NCBI RefSeq assembly: GCF_006345805.1
Contig: NC_042999.1
Location: forward strand, 120,094,001 to 120,158,000
Reading direction: 5' to 3'
DNA: 64,000 bases
From: Octopus sinensis
Lineage: Eukaryota
Part shown: in pieces, positions 52,361 through 64,000 of the stretch
How the letters are laid out: each line of letters begins with the position of its first letter
Position numbering within the stretch: position 1 is the stretch's first letter
Program-made: the position numbers and the translations under genes
The notes under the pieces: generated by a model
The model's input: only the letters and a program-made list of their open reading frames with translations
Database searches by the model: none
What the model was told of the DNA's origin: nothing

Positions 52361-52816
52361 TCATCAGTCATTAATAATTCTACTGTTACTCCTAGCGGCA
52401 ACACTGACTTTTAATATTAAAAGACTTGATCCTTTACTTGTAATATATGATCAATATTTATGTTGTTCTTGTCAGCACTGATAACGTTTCTTTTTATAAG
52501 CGTCTTTCCTTTAATCACTTGTTCAAGTTTTGTAATATCAGGGTGGATTAAATATTGGATTTCTGACTAAAGCATTTCAATTAATTTTCCGCCATTTTTC
52601 ACGTTTTATTCTGCTATTCAAACCCTGAATCGTGTTTCTTGTAACTCAGCAGATAAGATTATTAAAGTAAACAGGTTGATGGTGCTTCGGATTTATTAGA
52701 AACTGCTGGAAATGTTAATGTTGTATAGTCTTACTATTATACAATTTGTATCGACAATAATCAAAGCAGTATAAATAATGTTGAAATTTTCAAAGCTGCA
52801 GAAGTTATGTACTTAC

Positions 52817-52932
52817 GTTAGTTGATAACCCCAAGTTGTTCAATCAGTTCGCACTTGTATAACGTTAACCAACAAAGTGACTGATTAACATAGTCGACAA
52901 TCAGCCGTCGTGAAAATATAGGGTTACAATGC
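52817..52932 (-). other. candidate non-coding/UTR exon
   Basis: Strong acceptor tttttctgtcccgcctacag| and donor AAC|GTAAGT, 116 nt, with stops in all three frames. Confidence 0.3.
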
Positions 52933-53094
52933 CTGTAGGCGGGACAGAAAAATCAGGCTTGATTACTGTTGGCCTTAACTACAATAAGCATAAAATAAAT
53001 TTTCTATTACTCTTTTAAATTGTTCGAAATTTAAATGTGCAAATGTTACGCCCATCTTCGTATATTTCTAATATTTAATATTTTACTGCACTCT

Positions 53095-53250
53095 CAAGGC
53101 GGCAAGCTGGTAGAATCGTTAGCATCCAGGGCAAAATGCTTAGCGGCATTCCGTCCGTCTTTACGTTCTGAGTTCAAATTCCCCCGACGTCGACTTTTTC
53201 TTTAGTGGGGTCGATAAAATAGATACCAGAATTGTTGCCACGTGCCAACA
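53095..53250 (+). mobile_element. SINE
   Basis: aaggcggcaagctggtagaatcgttagc...ttacgttctgagttcaaatt...ggggtcgataaaat. Confidence 0.75.
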
Positions 53251-53654
53251 TTTTACTGATCACTAAAAGTGCAGAAGCATCAGAGAACATATTAAATAAT
53301 TTGGGGTATTTTATTCAAATTATGAATTCCAAACCCGATAAAGCCTAATTTTGCTTTTGTAAAATCAATTTCACTCCTTCTAATATATATATATCTAGCA
53401 CCCATGGGAGAAATCTATTTTTATATGTTTTGGCAACCTGTTTGACCACCAGAATTAACGCTTAATATTTTGTTGTTTATTTCCAGCATTCATATTCAAC
53501 TTTAAATAATGTTAACTTTTGAAATCTTTTATCTAGAGTCAATAAAAGAAGTTTTAATATATGTATGGTAAGATTGTTTTCGATTATATTTGCCATTATT
53601 TATATATAATATAAACGATTATTAGTTGAAATAAATTAATATAGTAATTTACGT

Positions 53655-53860
53655 TAGACGGCGTGCTAGCAACATATTTACAACACCGGGCAACCTACTT
53701 AGCGGTATTGTGCCTATCTTTCCATTCGGAGTTCAGATTCTGCCGGAGTTGATTTTTTGCCTTTCAAGGGTCTATAAAATATATACCAGTCTAGTACTGG
53801 GACCGCTGTAATTGACATACCCTCTGAAATTGCTGGTCTTGTGCAAAATTGGAAACCAAT
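53655..53860 (+). mobile_element. decayed SINE
   Basis: gacggcgtgctagc...ggagttcagattctgcc...ccttgtgc-like tail (tcttgtgcaaaattggaaacc). Confidence 0.55.
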
Positions 53861-55885
53861 ATATTGAATTACGTAATACATTTTATTCCATAATACTCTC
53901 CAGAAAATTTCTGGATTTTTACCATAAATTTTCGTACTGACATTTTATTTTAATATTTGATGAGTATTTAAAAACATTTAGTATATAATTTTCAAAATTG
54001 TCAGAAAAAATTTTATTCAAAAAGATAGACATGATGAATGCTTTTATCCTGTGTTATTTGATAAAGAAGAGCAACATTTTGTTGACGTGGTGGATTAGCT
54101 CAATGTTAATCGTAATCGAACAGACCTACAATCACAAACAACCTGTGTCTATCTTGTTCATCTTTCTGTCATAGAACTGCATTATCTAAAATATTTTCAA
54201 ATTACTAGGATATAATTGAAGAGGTCTTCGGCTGCTATTTCTAGCAAGTTGTATGATCACGTTGAGGTATCCTGACTCACTTGCTTTTCGCCGGTCGAGC
54301 AAACGTTAACACTTTTGGAAAGAAATAATAGAAAAAGTAGTAAGATGAAGAAGGCGATGGCGATTAAAATATTTAAAAAGCAGAGGTCATTTTGTTTACT
54401 TACACATGGTACAAACAAAGAAAATACTTGCAAATTATAACTCTATTGTCTTAACTATATCGCTAGAGGCAGTACGAATTGTTAAAATCACATGTTTTAA
54501 CGTGGTTTGACACCTCACTTAGCCTTAGAAAAAATATAAAGAACAATTTTAGCTTTTGTTTTATAAAATAAGTATGTGGATATGGAGAAATATACAAATA
54601 AACATTTATGATATTGTTTCGAAAATTAAATAATGTTTTGTTTGACTGAGAATAATTATAAATTTATTGTTTGTAGTCATATTATACCTATCAGGAAATT
54701 CAATTATAGATGAAGAAAAATTATAACAGTTACAATATTTAATAGCTGATAACTACTTCTCAACGTCTGATATTGGTTATTCACATTGTTAGTCCATCTG
54801 ACTGGCAGTGCCCCTCCCATTCTTTTCCATCTTTGTCATTTTCATACATATTAATGTCTCTGTCCAGTCCGCAGCTACCTTTATCTGTGTTCGACCTTCA
54901 TGGTCAATTCGATGAAATAATGAGATGAAATGAAATAAAATGTAAAACATTTGTTTAAAAGAAGGTTCAATTTTAAAATATCCGGAAGAAAAGTGTTGGC
55001 ATTGCGTTTATTGGAAATAAGTATATAATATAGATTACTCATGCTACGGTGATTTGTGATTAGTAATAAGAAAATTGTAATGAAGGAAGAGACAGCGTAC
55101 GGCGTAGGTGAGGAAGACAGACTTCAAAGCGAGGACGTTGACAACAATAATCGATATTTATTTGATTAATGAGATAACAGTATATAGAATACATAATGAT
55201 GATGTACTTAGATTCAAGAAACAATATTTAAATTCATACTCAGGAACGTATACAAAATATTCTGACTGCATATGATTCACTCCTATTTTCTTAATCTGGT
55301 TAGTTGTCACATACCTGATTCGATAATTTGTTTCCTAGTACTAAATATAACTACTGAAAATAATACAAGTACACCATGCTTTTGTTAGGCGATAAGTTAT
55401 TCGTAGCTTAACTCCGATGTTGTTATAAATAAAATGCATGTCACGAGGAAATCATATGTTAATCTAGGCGAGTATGTATATTAGATTTAAATCCAATTAT
55501 ATTAGGATATTTCAGAATATAAATATATACTTTAAAAGACCATATTGTACACATATCCATCGATCCATTCATCCATCCATTCATCCATCCATCCAGACAT
55601 ACATACATGCTTGCATACCATGCATACATATATACATACACACATACATGCAAGCACAAATACACAGTAAGACGCATGCATATATTTATACACACATATG
55701 TGTGTGTGTTTGCATATGCGCGTCCATATGTGCGCGTGCATATACGTGCGCACAGGGGACATCTAATCAATAAGACACGTGACGTCATGTTTATGAGATT
55801 CCGTTAAAACCATCATTAGTAAAATAAATTATTAGATTATTCAGAGATCTTATGTTACTGCACGCAGCTGAGTTATATTTGAAAA

Positions 55886-55929
<44 letters not shown>

Positions 55930-56163
55930 TAGACACCTATGTACATATATAGTTGTGTATATGTTAAATAAAAATGAGACAACAAAACCAAGCCTGTGTG
56001 GAAATTATGGGACATTCATGAAGAGAAACGTAATCTTACAGCTGTTTCTGGAATATTAGGGATATCTCTTCAATAGAAACGATGTAAGAGAGTTAACCAG
56101 AAGAAAATAGTAGAGTTCAGTATAAGGAGTTATTTTGGAAATTGACGGATATAGGACATAGCA

Positions 56164-56204
<41 letters not shown>

Positions 56205-56207
<3 letters not shown>

Positions 56208-56489
56208 ACGTGATCACGTGACCGACCAGACCATGTTGTTACACATCGCTGGTCACAATGCCTTCCATTGTTTTAGCGTTCGAATGACGCCACCCCGCTG
56301 GCTAAGCGAGCAGGCCAACAGAGGAAAGAGTGGTGAAAGGGTACAGCAGGGATCACCACCCCCTGCCGGAGCCTCGTGGAGCTTTCAGGTGTTTTCGCTC
56401 AATAAACACTCACAACGCCCGGCCTGGGAATCGAAACCGCGATCCTACGACCGCGAGTCCACGGCCCTAACCACTGGGCCATTGCGCCT

Positions 56490-56531
<42 letters not shown>

Positions 56532-56798
56532 GTGTGGAGGCGCAATGGCCCAGTGGTTAGGGCCGTGGACTCGCGGTCGTAGGATCGCGGTTTCGATTCC
56601 CAGGCCGGGCGTTGTGAGTGTTTATTGAGCGAAAACACCTGAAAGCTCCACGAGGCTCCGGCAGGGGGTGGTGATCCCTGCTGTACCCTTTCACCACTCT
56701 TTCCTCTGTTGGCCTGCTCGTTTAGCCAGCGGGGTGGCGTCATTCGAACGCTAAAACAATGCGAAGGCATTGTGACCAGCGATGTGTAACAACATGGT
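56205..56798. mobile_element. two near-identical SINE copies forming a 569-bp palindrome (56230-56798)
   Basis: Arms 56230-56490 and 56537-56798 differ by one substitution and one indel by my reading. Intact A box tggcccagtgg and B box ggtttcgattcc. The centre is (CA)n|(TG)n with no spacer. Confidence 0.92.
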
Positions 56799-56831
<33 letters not shown>

Positions 56832-56904
56832 CATACATACACGCGCATATATACTGTCTATATACATACATGTGTGTGTATGCACATACATGTACTATGT
56901 ACAA

Positions 56905-57235
56905 AGCCAGCAAGCCTGTGGCATGTGGTCAGCAGCCGGCCTGCAGACTTTTATCTTGCGGTCCGCTTGATATTCTCTTGAAGTATTGTGTTTAATTTCA
57001 AAATAAAATTGTTTGTGTAAAGCATTTGTTTCAAGACAAATTTTTAATTTATAAGTAGTAATAAAGCAATAGCCTACTATTTTATAATTTTAAACGAACG
57101 AAAAATATGAAAAGTTCTCAATTATGTCATTTGATTATTTGGCTATTAATGAATAAAGTATATTAGAGTGGCCCTCAAAAGAGTTGCTGTGTTTAACGTG
57201 GCCCGCAATGTAATTCGAGTTGGCCAGACTTGCGT
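56905..57235. mobile_element. probable hAT/Charlie-type MITE
   Basis: GC-rich ends (gcagccggcctgcag...gcggtccgc; gtggccctc...gtggcccgc...gttggccagacttg) around an AT-rich core, like ggcccgc-type hAT MITEs. Confidence 0.4.
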
Positions 57236-57649
57236 TTGTATTATTGTATGTATGTATATATTACACACTCATACATACATGAAACCTATAACAAATTAAT
57301 AGAATCCCGTTATAAGTAAGTTTGCTTCTGCATTATAATAAAGAATATCGTGAGATGTGTTACTAACACATATATTCGTAAGTGTGCATTGTCGTTTGCA
57401 TTTCGCAATGGTTGTGTATTTGATTATAGAAACGGACATGTACGATGTATGTATAGTATATATGTGTGTATATGAGTGTGTGTATGCCTGCTGTACTAAG
57501 GCTTCCAGATTCACTCTCCACATGCAAAAGAATCGCCAGTAGTAATGGCAAGTACATGAAAGACTACGGGACTGCAAAAGACTGTTGCCACTCATACAAA
57601 ATTGCAAAAGATTACTTGTAAACTTTGGAACTATCATCATCTAGCTTTC

Positions 57650-58400
57650 ACTACTGTCAGCAGAGCACTGGAATTGCTACCAGAAATGAGAAACAAGACC
57701 TCTTTAACTTTGACTTCCACCGAAAAGGTAGAACGTGTCAGGAGACATTTTAAGAAAGCAATGTAAAAATATGAATCTAGTACCACTAGGATTGCTAAAG
57801 CGAACCTTAACTAAAGCCGCACTTTATGACGTACTTAAGAACGATGCATCAAAAGTCGGCCAGATTCTCTATGCCAAATAGATTGGATATATGACTATCA
57901 ATAATAGCGAAAGCCAACTTCCAGCTTATTCCAGGGATGAAACACATCTCAAGGAGGCATATAACATCAAGAACCTTGGGCCCTATGTTGGTGACTGTAA
58001 GAAAGACATGATATGCAAGGAGTGCCTACGGTAATCGTTAAAGCTTTTCAAGGTGTTTCAAAGTGAAGAATACTGATCGTCAGGATGTGTGTAGAGAACA
58101 TCCATCTCCATATAGCTGAAGCCTCGCCTATGGAGAAGGAAGTTCTTGAAGATAACATTGGTAATGCATGCACTAGCTTCCTCGTGATGACTTAAAACTC
58201 GCATGGCTTGAGTACAATATTAAAGAGATGTACAAAACATCTCACTCTTCTCTACTATTATCGTTCAACGTAGAGTAGACATTGCTAGCCATGTTGTCAT
58301 GCTAAACAACAGACCATACCAGATATTCTATCTGGGAAAGACACGCACCCTAATAGAGAAAGAAGACCACTTAACTATATTGATGCTAAGAAGACCACTT
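57650..58400 (+). mobile_element. RTE-clade LINE 3' remnant
   Basis: KVGQILYAK*IGYMT...HLKEAYNIKNLGPYVGDCKKD aligns to the RTE KVGLxLNxKKTExM...LxxVxxFKYLGSxI region; decayed. Confidence 0.6.
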
Positions 58401-58522
58401 AACAGGAAATGTAAGTCTTAATCGAGACTAATGAGGAATAAAGATTTTTGATGTAGCATTGTAAGACGCATCTTGGTTGCGGCAACATGAAAAAGCTACA
58501 TACTTGTATATGCGGAAATATT

Positions 58523-58633
58523 ATGTATGTACGTATGTATGTATGTATGTATGTATGTATGTATGTATGTATGTATGTATGTATGTATGTATGTATGTAT
58601 GTATGTATGTATGTATGTATGTATGTATGTATG
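58523..58633. repeat. (TATG)n microsatellite
   Basis: Direct reading. Confidence 0.95.
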
Positions 58634-59574
58634 TTAGTTTTGTGAGTAAGTGCATCTGTGCATTTCCTCTTTTGACTGAACACGGTGTCATGAACTATGA
58701 ACACAACTGTAGTTACATATTAGTGAACGTGGCGAGAGGTGATTGAAATAAATATAGGTTTAGTTAATTGTAATAGCCGTGAAATATAAATATGAAACGA
58801 GCGGTGTATTTATTCAGTAGAAGTGGCTGTAAAAAGAGACTGTTAGCGCTTTAAGAATACCAACATGTTGGAAAAGATTTTAAGAGCAATAACAAAATAA
58901 AAATTTTAAATTCCATATCATGATAATATGCAAGAGATGTAGTAGTGCAAACGATTGGAACAGTAATTTGAATTTTAAATATGTATGATGAGCAAAGGTT
59001 CAGATTTTTTATGCATTTTCTACAGAATTTTATTATTATGTAAGTTACGCACTCACCCTCCACACACACACACACACATTCACACAGATACACAGACACA
59101 CACACATAAATATACATATACACATGCATGCAGTTACTTCGATTTTGAAATTAATGAAAACGCTTCTATGTTTACTCAGTATTTTGATATAGATATGCAT
59201 TTATTTATTCTTATATATTGTACCCATTTAAAATCAATGACTTTCTACACCGAAGCTGTGTTTCAATACATAGTATTTCGATTTAATATCTACATCAGGA
59301 ATCCTCCGATGAGTTTAAACGCTTTCAATATCGCTTTACATATCCACTCTCAGCTAAAAGAATATTGGTTTCCTAATGATACATAATAACATAAAATTAC
59401 AATAGAATTGGCCTTAGATATTTGTTTAAACATTTACTAATCATACATATTCAAATTTCGATTTACTGCATTAACCGTTATAGAAATTGCTTCCCTTGTA
59501 TGTTCACACAATATACGCAAAAACTAAGCAGAAATGCTTTCATTTACTCATTCGTCTATGTATGTAAATACATA

Positions 59575-59612
59575 CACACACACAACCCTTCCTCTCTCTC
59601 TACACACACACA

Positions 59613-59645
<33 letters not shown>

Positions 59646-59658
59646 ATATATATATATA

Positions 59659-59722
<64 letters not shown>

Positions 59723-59730
59723 ATATATTC
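59575..59730. repeat. (CT)n/(CA)n/(TATG)n/(TA)n compound microsatellite
   Basis: Direct reading. Confidence 0.95.
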
Positions 59731-59740
59731 CGACAAAGTT

Positions 59741-59971
59741 TCATCTTAAAGCGATAAGCAAGTAACAGAACAATCCATTAAGGCAGCAATACTGGCGTTT
59801 CAACCCAGAAATCAGAATTATAATAACGTACATTAAAAAAGTGTATAAATTTAGTGCTCTTTTGAATGCAGTCAAAGAATTCATTGACGGAAAACGGTTT
59901 ACTGTAATAAATATGCAGACTTCAGAATCGACCTTTGAATATTTCTTTGGTAAAATCAATCCATAATGCAA
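59741..59971 (-). mobile_element. CR1/L2-like LINE extreme 3' fragment
   Basis: NRFPSMNSLTAFKRALNLY resembles the terminal WNxLP...SLxxFKxxL motif. Confidence 0.35.
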
Positions 59972-62900
59972 GCAAAAAATTCTTTTAATATCTAATAAAA
60001 CAATAAATTTAATAAAACAATAAATATCTACTTTATGTTTTCATTTTAAGAAGAAGATTAAATATATTCTTAAAAAGTTATTTTAATTCTTATTCCTAAC
60101 GTATTTTTGACGCAAGCGCTCAGTAGTAGTTTTCAGTCAACAGAGTATTTTTTTAAAAATCTTAACGATATTTGCTTGTTCTAAGGTAAGCTCGTTTGGA
60201 ATATCAATTTTTGTTATCCATATCTTTTTTTGGAATCAGAGATAAGTGCATTCCGTACTGATTTCCGTTAAAGAGATCTCCCACGATAGGGAAGGAAAAA
60301 GTTTTAAAGGAAAACGCATTATGGCCTGAAACTTACCTTTTTTAAGCTTAAGAACTTGATTTAATATATTGCGAAAGGGTAATTTTTTTAATTGAATCCA
60401 TCCCTCCTTTTCCTGTTAGATATGCAAGTTGCAAATTGAAACAAAACATATGATTAATGGTGGTTTGTTGTTTTATTCTTTTTACAAGGTGTATTTCTCC
60501 CTGAATTCATTGGGTTCATGTTTCAGAGGTATATATTTATCATCACATAATTGTAGTTTTATATTTTTACATAGTTTTTCTTAATATTTAGTGTGTAAAA
60601 AGCGTACACATGATATCTTAATGTCCAAATCAATAGCGCTGAAATTTAACATATTATTGTTGTTTTGCTATCCATTATGCCTGATGTGTATTGTTTTAGA
60701 GAATTTTGTGATGGTTTTGATTGCTTAACATGTGATATCACTTCTGTTCTTTTGATATTTGGTGATATATTCTTTAATAGCTTCAGCATAATAGTAGTTG
60801 GCTTTCTCCCTATCTTATTCAAGCTGGAATTGCATTCCAATTGACATTTTCAATAATTTTGAAAACGTGTTCAGAAATGACTCACAGTTTTTAAATCCTT
60901 TTTATTAAAAAATAGTCTTACTAAAACCGTTTATATTTGAACATACGTGTTTGATAAGCAATTGGAGAGTTCATAAACGGACAATCATAATTGTGATGAA
61001 GACAGTTTGTTGATTTTTGTCGTTTACTGTTGTGTTTGCTTTTGACTAATTCTGAGTAACGTTTGAATATCGATTACTATTACAGTTGTAGAGTTTCCAT
61101 AATTGCAGTAATTTCATCAAAACTTAGAAGTTTGATGGTTCATGTTGGACTGGGCTTGCTAATAAGAAATCTTTAGAGTAAATATATATTGTAATTTTAT
61201 ACACTGCATTAGTTTTCGTTATTTTAGATTCTAATATTGGCACAAGACTAGAACGCGATTGGCGTGTATGGGTAATGTAATCGATCTCTCTACATTACTG
61301 GTACACATTTCATATATTCTCAAAAATATGAAATACAAAATTGACCTTAACGGAGTTTAAAATCTGCTCTGAAAAAGGCGAATATTTATGCAAATAAGCA
61401 TTCCAGTATGGAATGCTTATTATTTTTATTTTTATTATTCTGATGTCTTCGTTTTAAATATCATCAACCTTTAAAGCATATTAAAATCACATAAATTCGT
61501 GCGATCAAATAATTGTTACATTCAATCCACTAAAACAACATGCAAAGAATTAGTTATTTTGTACTAATTTGTTTTTGTTTCAATATTTCATTCTTAGTTA
61601 TTGGTTAACGAAATTTTCAATATCCCGTCCAACTTTAAAATGATTTCACTGAAATTTACATTTCCGTAATGTTGTATTTCATATATCTGTCGTATCTCAC
61701 AGGCATGAACGCATTTTCTCACTCACAAACGTGGGCATACATACAAACCACATATATGTGTGTGTTTCTGCGTGTATGCATATGTGTGTGTGTCAGTATG
61801 TGCGCATGCACACGTTAGAGATAAGATGTACTTTCTAACTATATATAGAGAAAAACTGATAAAAATTTAGTAGATTACCACACTGAGATACGTATTATTA
61901 CTCATACCAGATTTATTACCGAAACACAAAATCTATACGTATTTGTCAAATTCCATTTAGAATATTTATATGATATTAATCTGCTTTTACCATGAGCACC
62001 AGAAACAAAGCTCTTCAAATTGAGTTTAAAACTTTCCACAGTTTTCGTGCAACGTTCTGTTTACATATATACTATTCCATTAATTTTACATTATCTTAAC
62101 TCATTCCCATATGCAGTCTAACTCAATATTATGTGTCTGTTTATGAAGAACATATAAAAGGTCTTAACTTGTTCAATTTTAACTATTTTGAGTTCGTAAA
62201 GATCAATATGAAGGATAGTTTTAATAAAACTGATGTCCGCAATTGAATCGTACGTTAACAATTATGCTTCCTTTTTACCAGTTTTCATATTTATTTCAGT
62301 TTTCATGAACGTCTCCTTCTCTCTACCTTGTATTTCGCTCACTCTATCTTTCTCTTTTTGCACACACGCAAATAGACACACACACAAACTCACACTTACG
62401 CACAACCCCCCCCCACACACACACACACACAATCACACGCACGCTCACAACACATACATACACATACACGCAAGGCACATACTCTTACTCACAGGCTGCG
62501 TGAGTGACTGCATGTCTGCTTAAAGTGAAAAACTGCAAACTCTATTAACCAATTATTAGAGACTGATCGATAATCATATTAGATTATTCAGAGATAAACA
62601 TCACAAATTTACTCTTATTCATACAATATCAATAGCTACAATAATATTCGTACCCATAATGTAAACATGACCAATAACCATAACACCATCAACGGCAACA
62701 ACGGTAGCGAAATTCTATATTAGATATCACTGAAATCAAATACATTCATTAGATATTGTAAATTTATGAAATATTATAAATCTAGTCACCTTAAGTATAA
62801 ATTATATGTTGTAAATGAGAAATGACTTGTTTATTGAACAAACATTCCAGGTTGTGAAGCATAATCTCACATTAAGTTAGTATGAATGCATCTTATGAGA

Positions 62901-64000
62901 TTCCATGTTCCCATGATTTGACAACTCTATGAATCTGTCGGGAGGATATACCCCTTCCAAAATAAATCTTAAATTATACACATAAAAATACATTAGAAAC
63001 AAACCATAAAATAGTGCTGAGCTTATGACACTACAGTGTTCATATTACTGTTTTCATGTTTAATCAAACTATAAGTTTGCGCTTTAATATGTCATTATCT
63101 AGTTTCTATATAATATTTTGTCCACATTACGTAATTTACTTCATATTTAATTCCAGTAATTTAGTTTTTAGTTTCTCTGGTAACTAAACGCTAGTCTGAA
63201 TTTAGATGCTTTCTTAGTCAATCACCAAATATTATTCCCTGTCTGTTTTTCATGATCGCATAACCAAACTATTTGACTATAAATTCGTTACTTCTATCTC
63301 GAAAGTAAATTATTAATAAAAGTAAATATTAATAAAAAAAAATAACTGAAAACTGGAGGGATATAGTTCCTCCACCAGCAACGTTGTATGTGAACATGGT
63401 AATGAACCCTTTACACCTAGGATCATTATATGTAGTATTAGTTCATTATTAAAACTAATACTGGAAGCATAAAATTTGAGGACTATTTTGTTCTTTATCA
63501 GTAATGAGTTTGTCGTGGAAATACAATTACAGGAAAAGCTGCAATTTATGGATTAACCTATAGATTGGTTATCCTAATGATGAAAAACTATTTAATGAGA
63601 TCATTTGACTAACTAGATCAATGCAGATGTATATTAGTTTCGTATATCACACGAATGATATCTTTCGGAAAGGCATATGACTGTTTTATAAAAGTATCCA
63701 TTTTAGTTCTTCCATTTTGATATTCTGTTACAAACGAAGTTGTGTACAGGTATAAAGATAATTCCAACTGATATGGTTACTAAATTACGAAAACGTTTGT
63801 CTGAGAGGATTAGCATTCCCAATATTCCGTAATTTATCATTAAGAACATTGAAATGTTGCGTAAAAACACACTTCCCTAGTTCATACTGAACTTGTTTGT
63901 ACTTTCGAATTCCTTCATATGGTGCCTGAATAAGTTGCTTACACAGAAACATTGCACTTACGCTATGTTGTGTGTTATATGAATCGCATGCAATTACTAC

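Noticed and set aside
56537-56610. tRNA-like sequences with A and B boxes (also 12900-12985, 23430-23497, 31495-31562, 51052-51120)
   Set aside because: These are SINE heads continuing into family-specific bodies; no complete cloverleaf with an acceptor stem was found.
56218-56770. Two identical-looking 120-136 aa ORFs on opposite strands
   Set aside because: They are the two arms of the SINE palindrome; the same peptide appears at the 23408 SINE. Not protein genes.
60337-60412. Exon-like segment on the minus strand (EKEGWIQLKKLPFRNILNQVLKLKK) with a good donor
   Set aside because: No compatible partner exon or recognisable domain in the window.
7626-62523. Most ORFs in the supplied track (poly-IY, poly-CV, poly-HT, poly-R/S/F, poly-L/N)
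   Set aside because: They are translations of microsatellites or SINE bodies, with no splice or domain support.
1-64000. CRISPR arrays, rRNA, prokaryotic operons
   Set aside because: No regularly spaced repeat-spacer array or rRNA-like sequence; the gene structure and repeats are clearly eukaryotic.

Overview
AT-rich, microsatellite- and transposon-dense eukaryotic DNA. The tRNA-headed SINE families and repeat landscape look like a coleoid cephalopod, most likely Octopus (inference from recognised repeat sequences). The ORF track misses the main gene because its exons are short. I assembled by hand a minus-strand spliced gene spanning at least 27 kb, with coding exons at 40925-40757, 32214-32065, 24075-23717, 16867-16777 and 13915-13833. 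All four joined introns are GT-AG with matching phases (1,1,0,1). The 284-aa open frame encodes a signal peptide, one 4-Cys chitin-binding-like module and a laminin-G (LamG3-type) domain, i.e. a minimal Pif/BMSP-like secreted matrix protein without a VWA domain or acidic tail; its last exon is unresolved. Intron 4 appears to hold a decayed, intronless copy of a related CBM+LamG gene. The rest is intronic or intergenic: decayed mariner, Chapaev-like, L1/Tx1, R4/Dong-like, RTE and Penelope elements, many SINEs, several long fold-back (inverted-repeat) structures, and six hammerhead-ribozyme-like motifs in Penelope-derived sequence. No rRNA, genuine tRNA or CRISPR array is supported.
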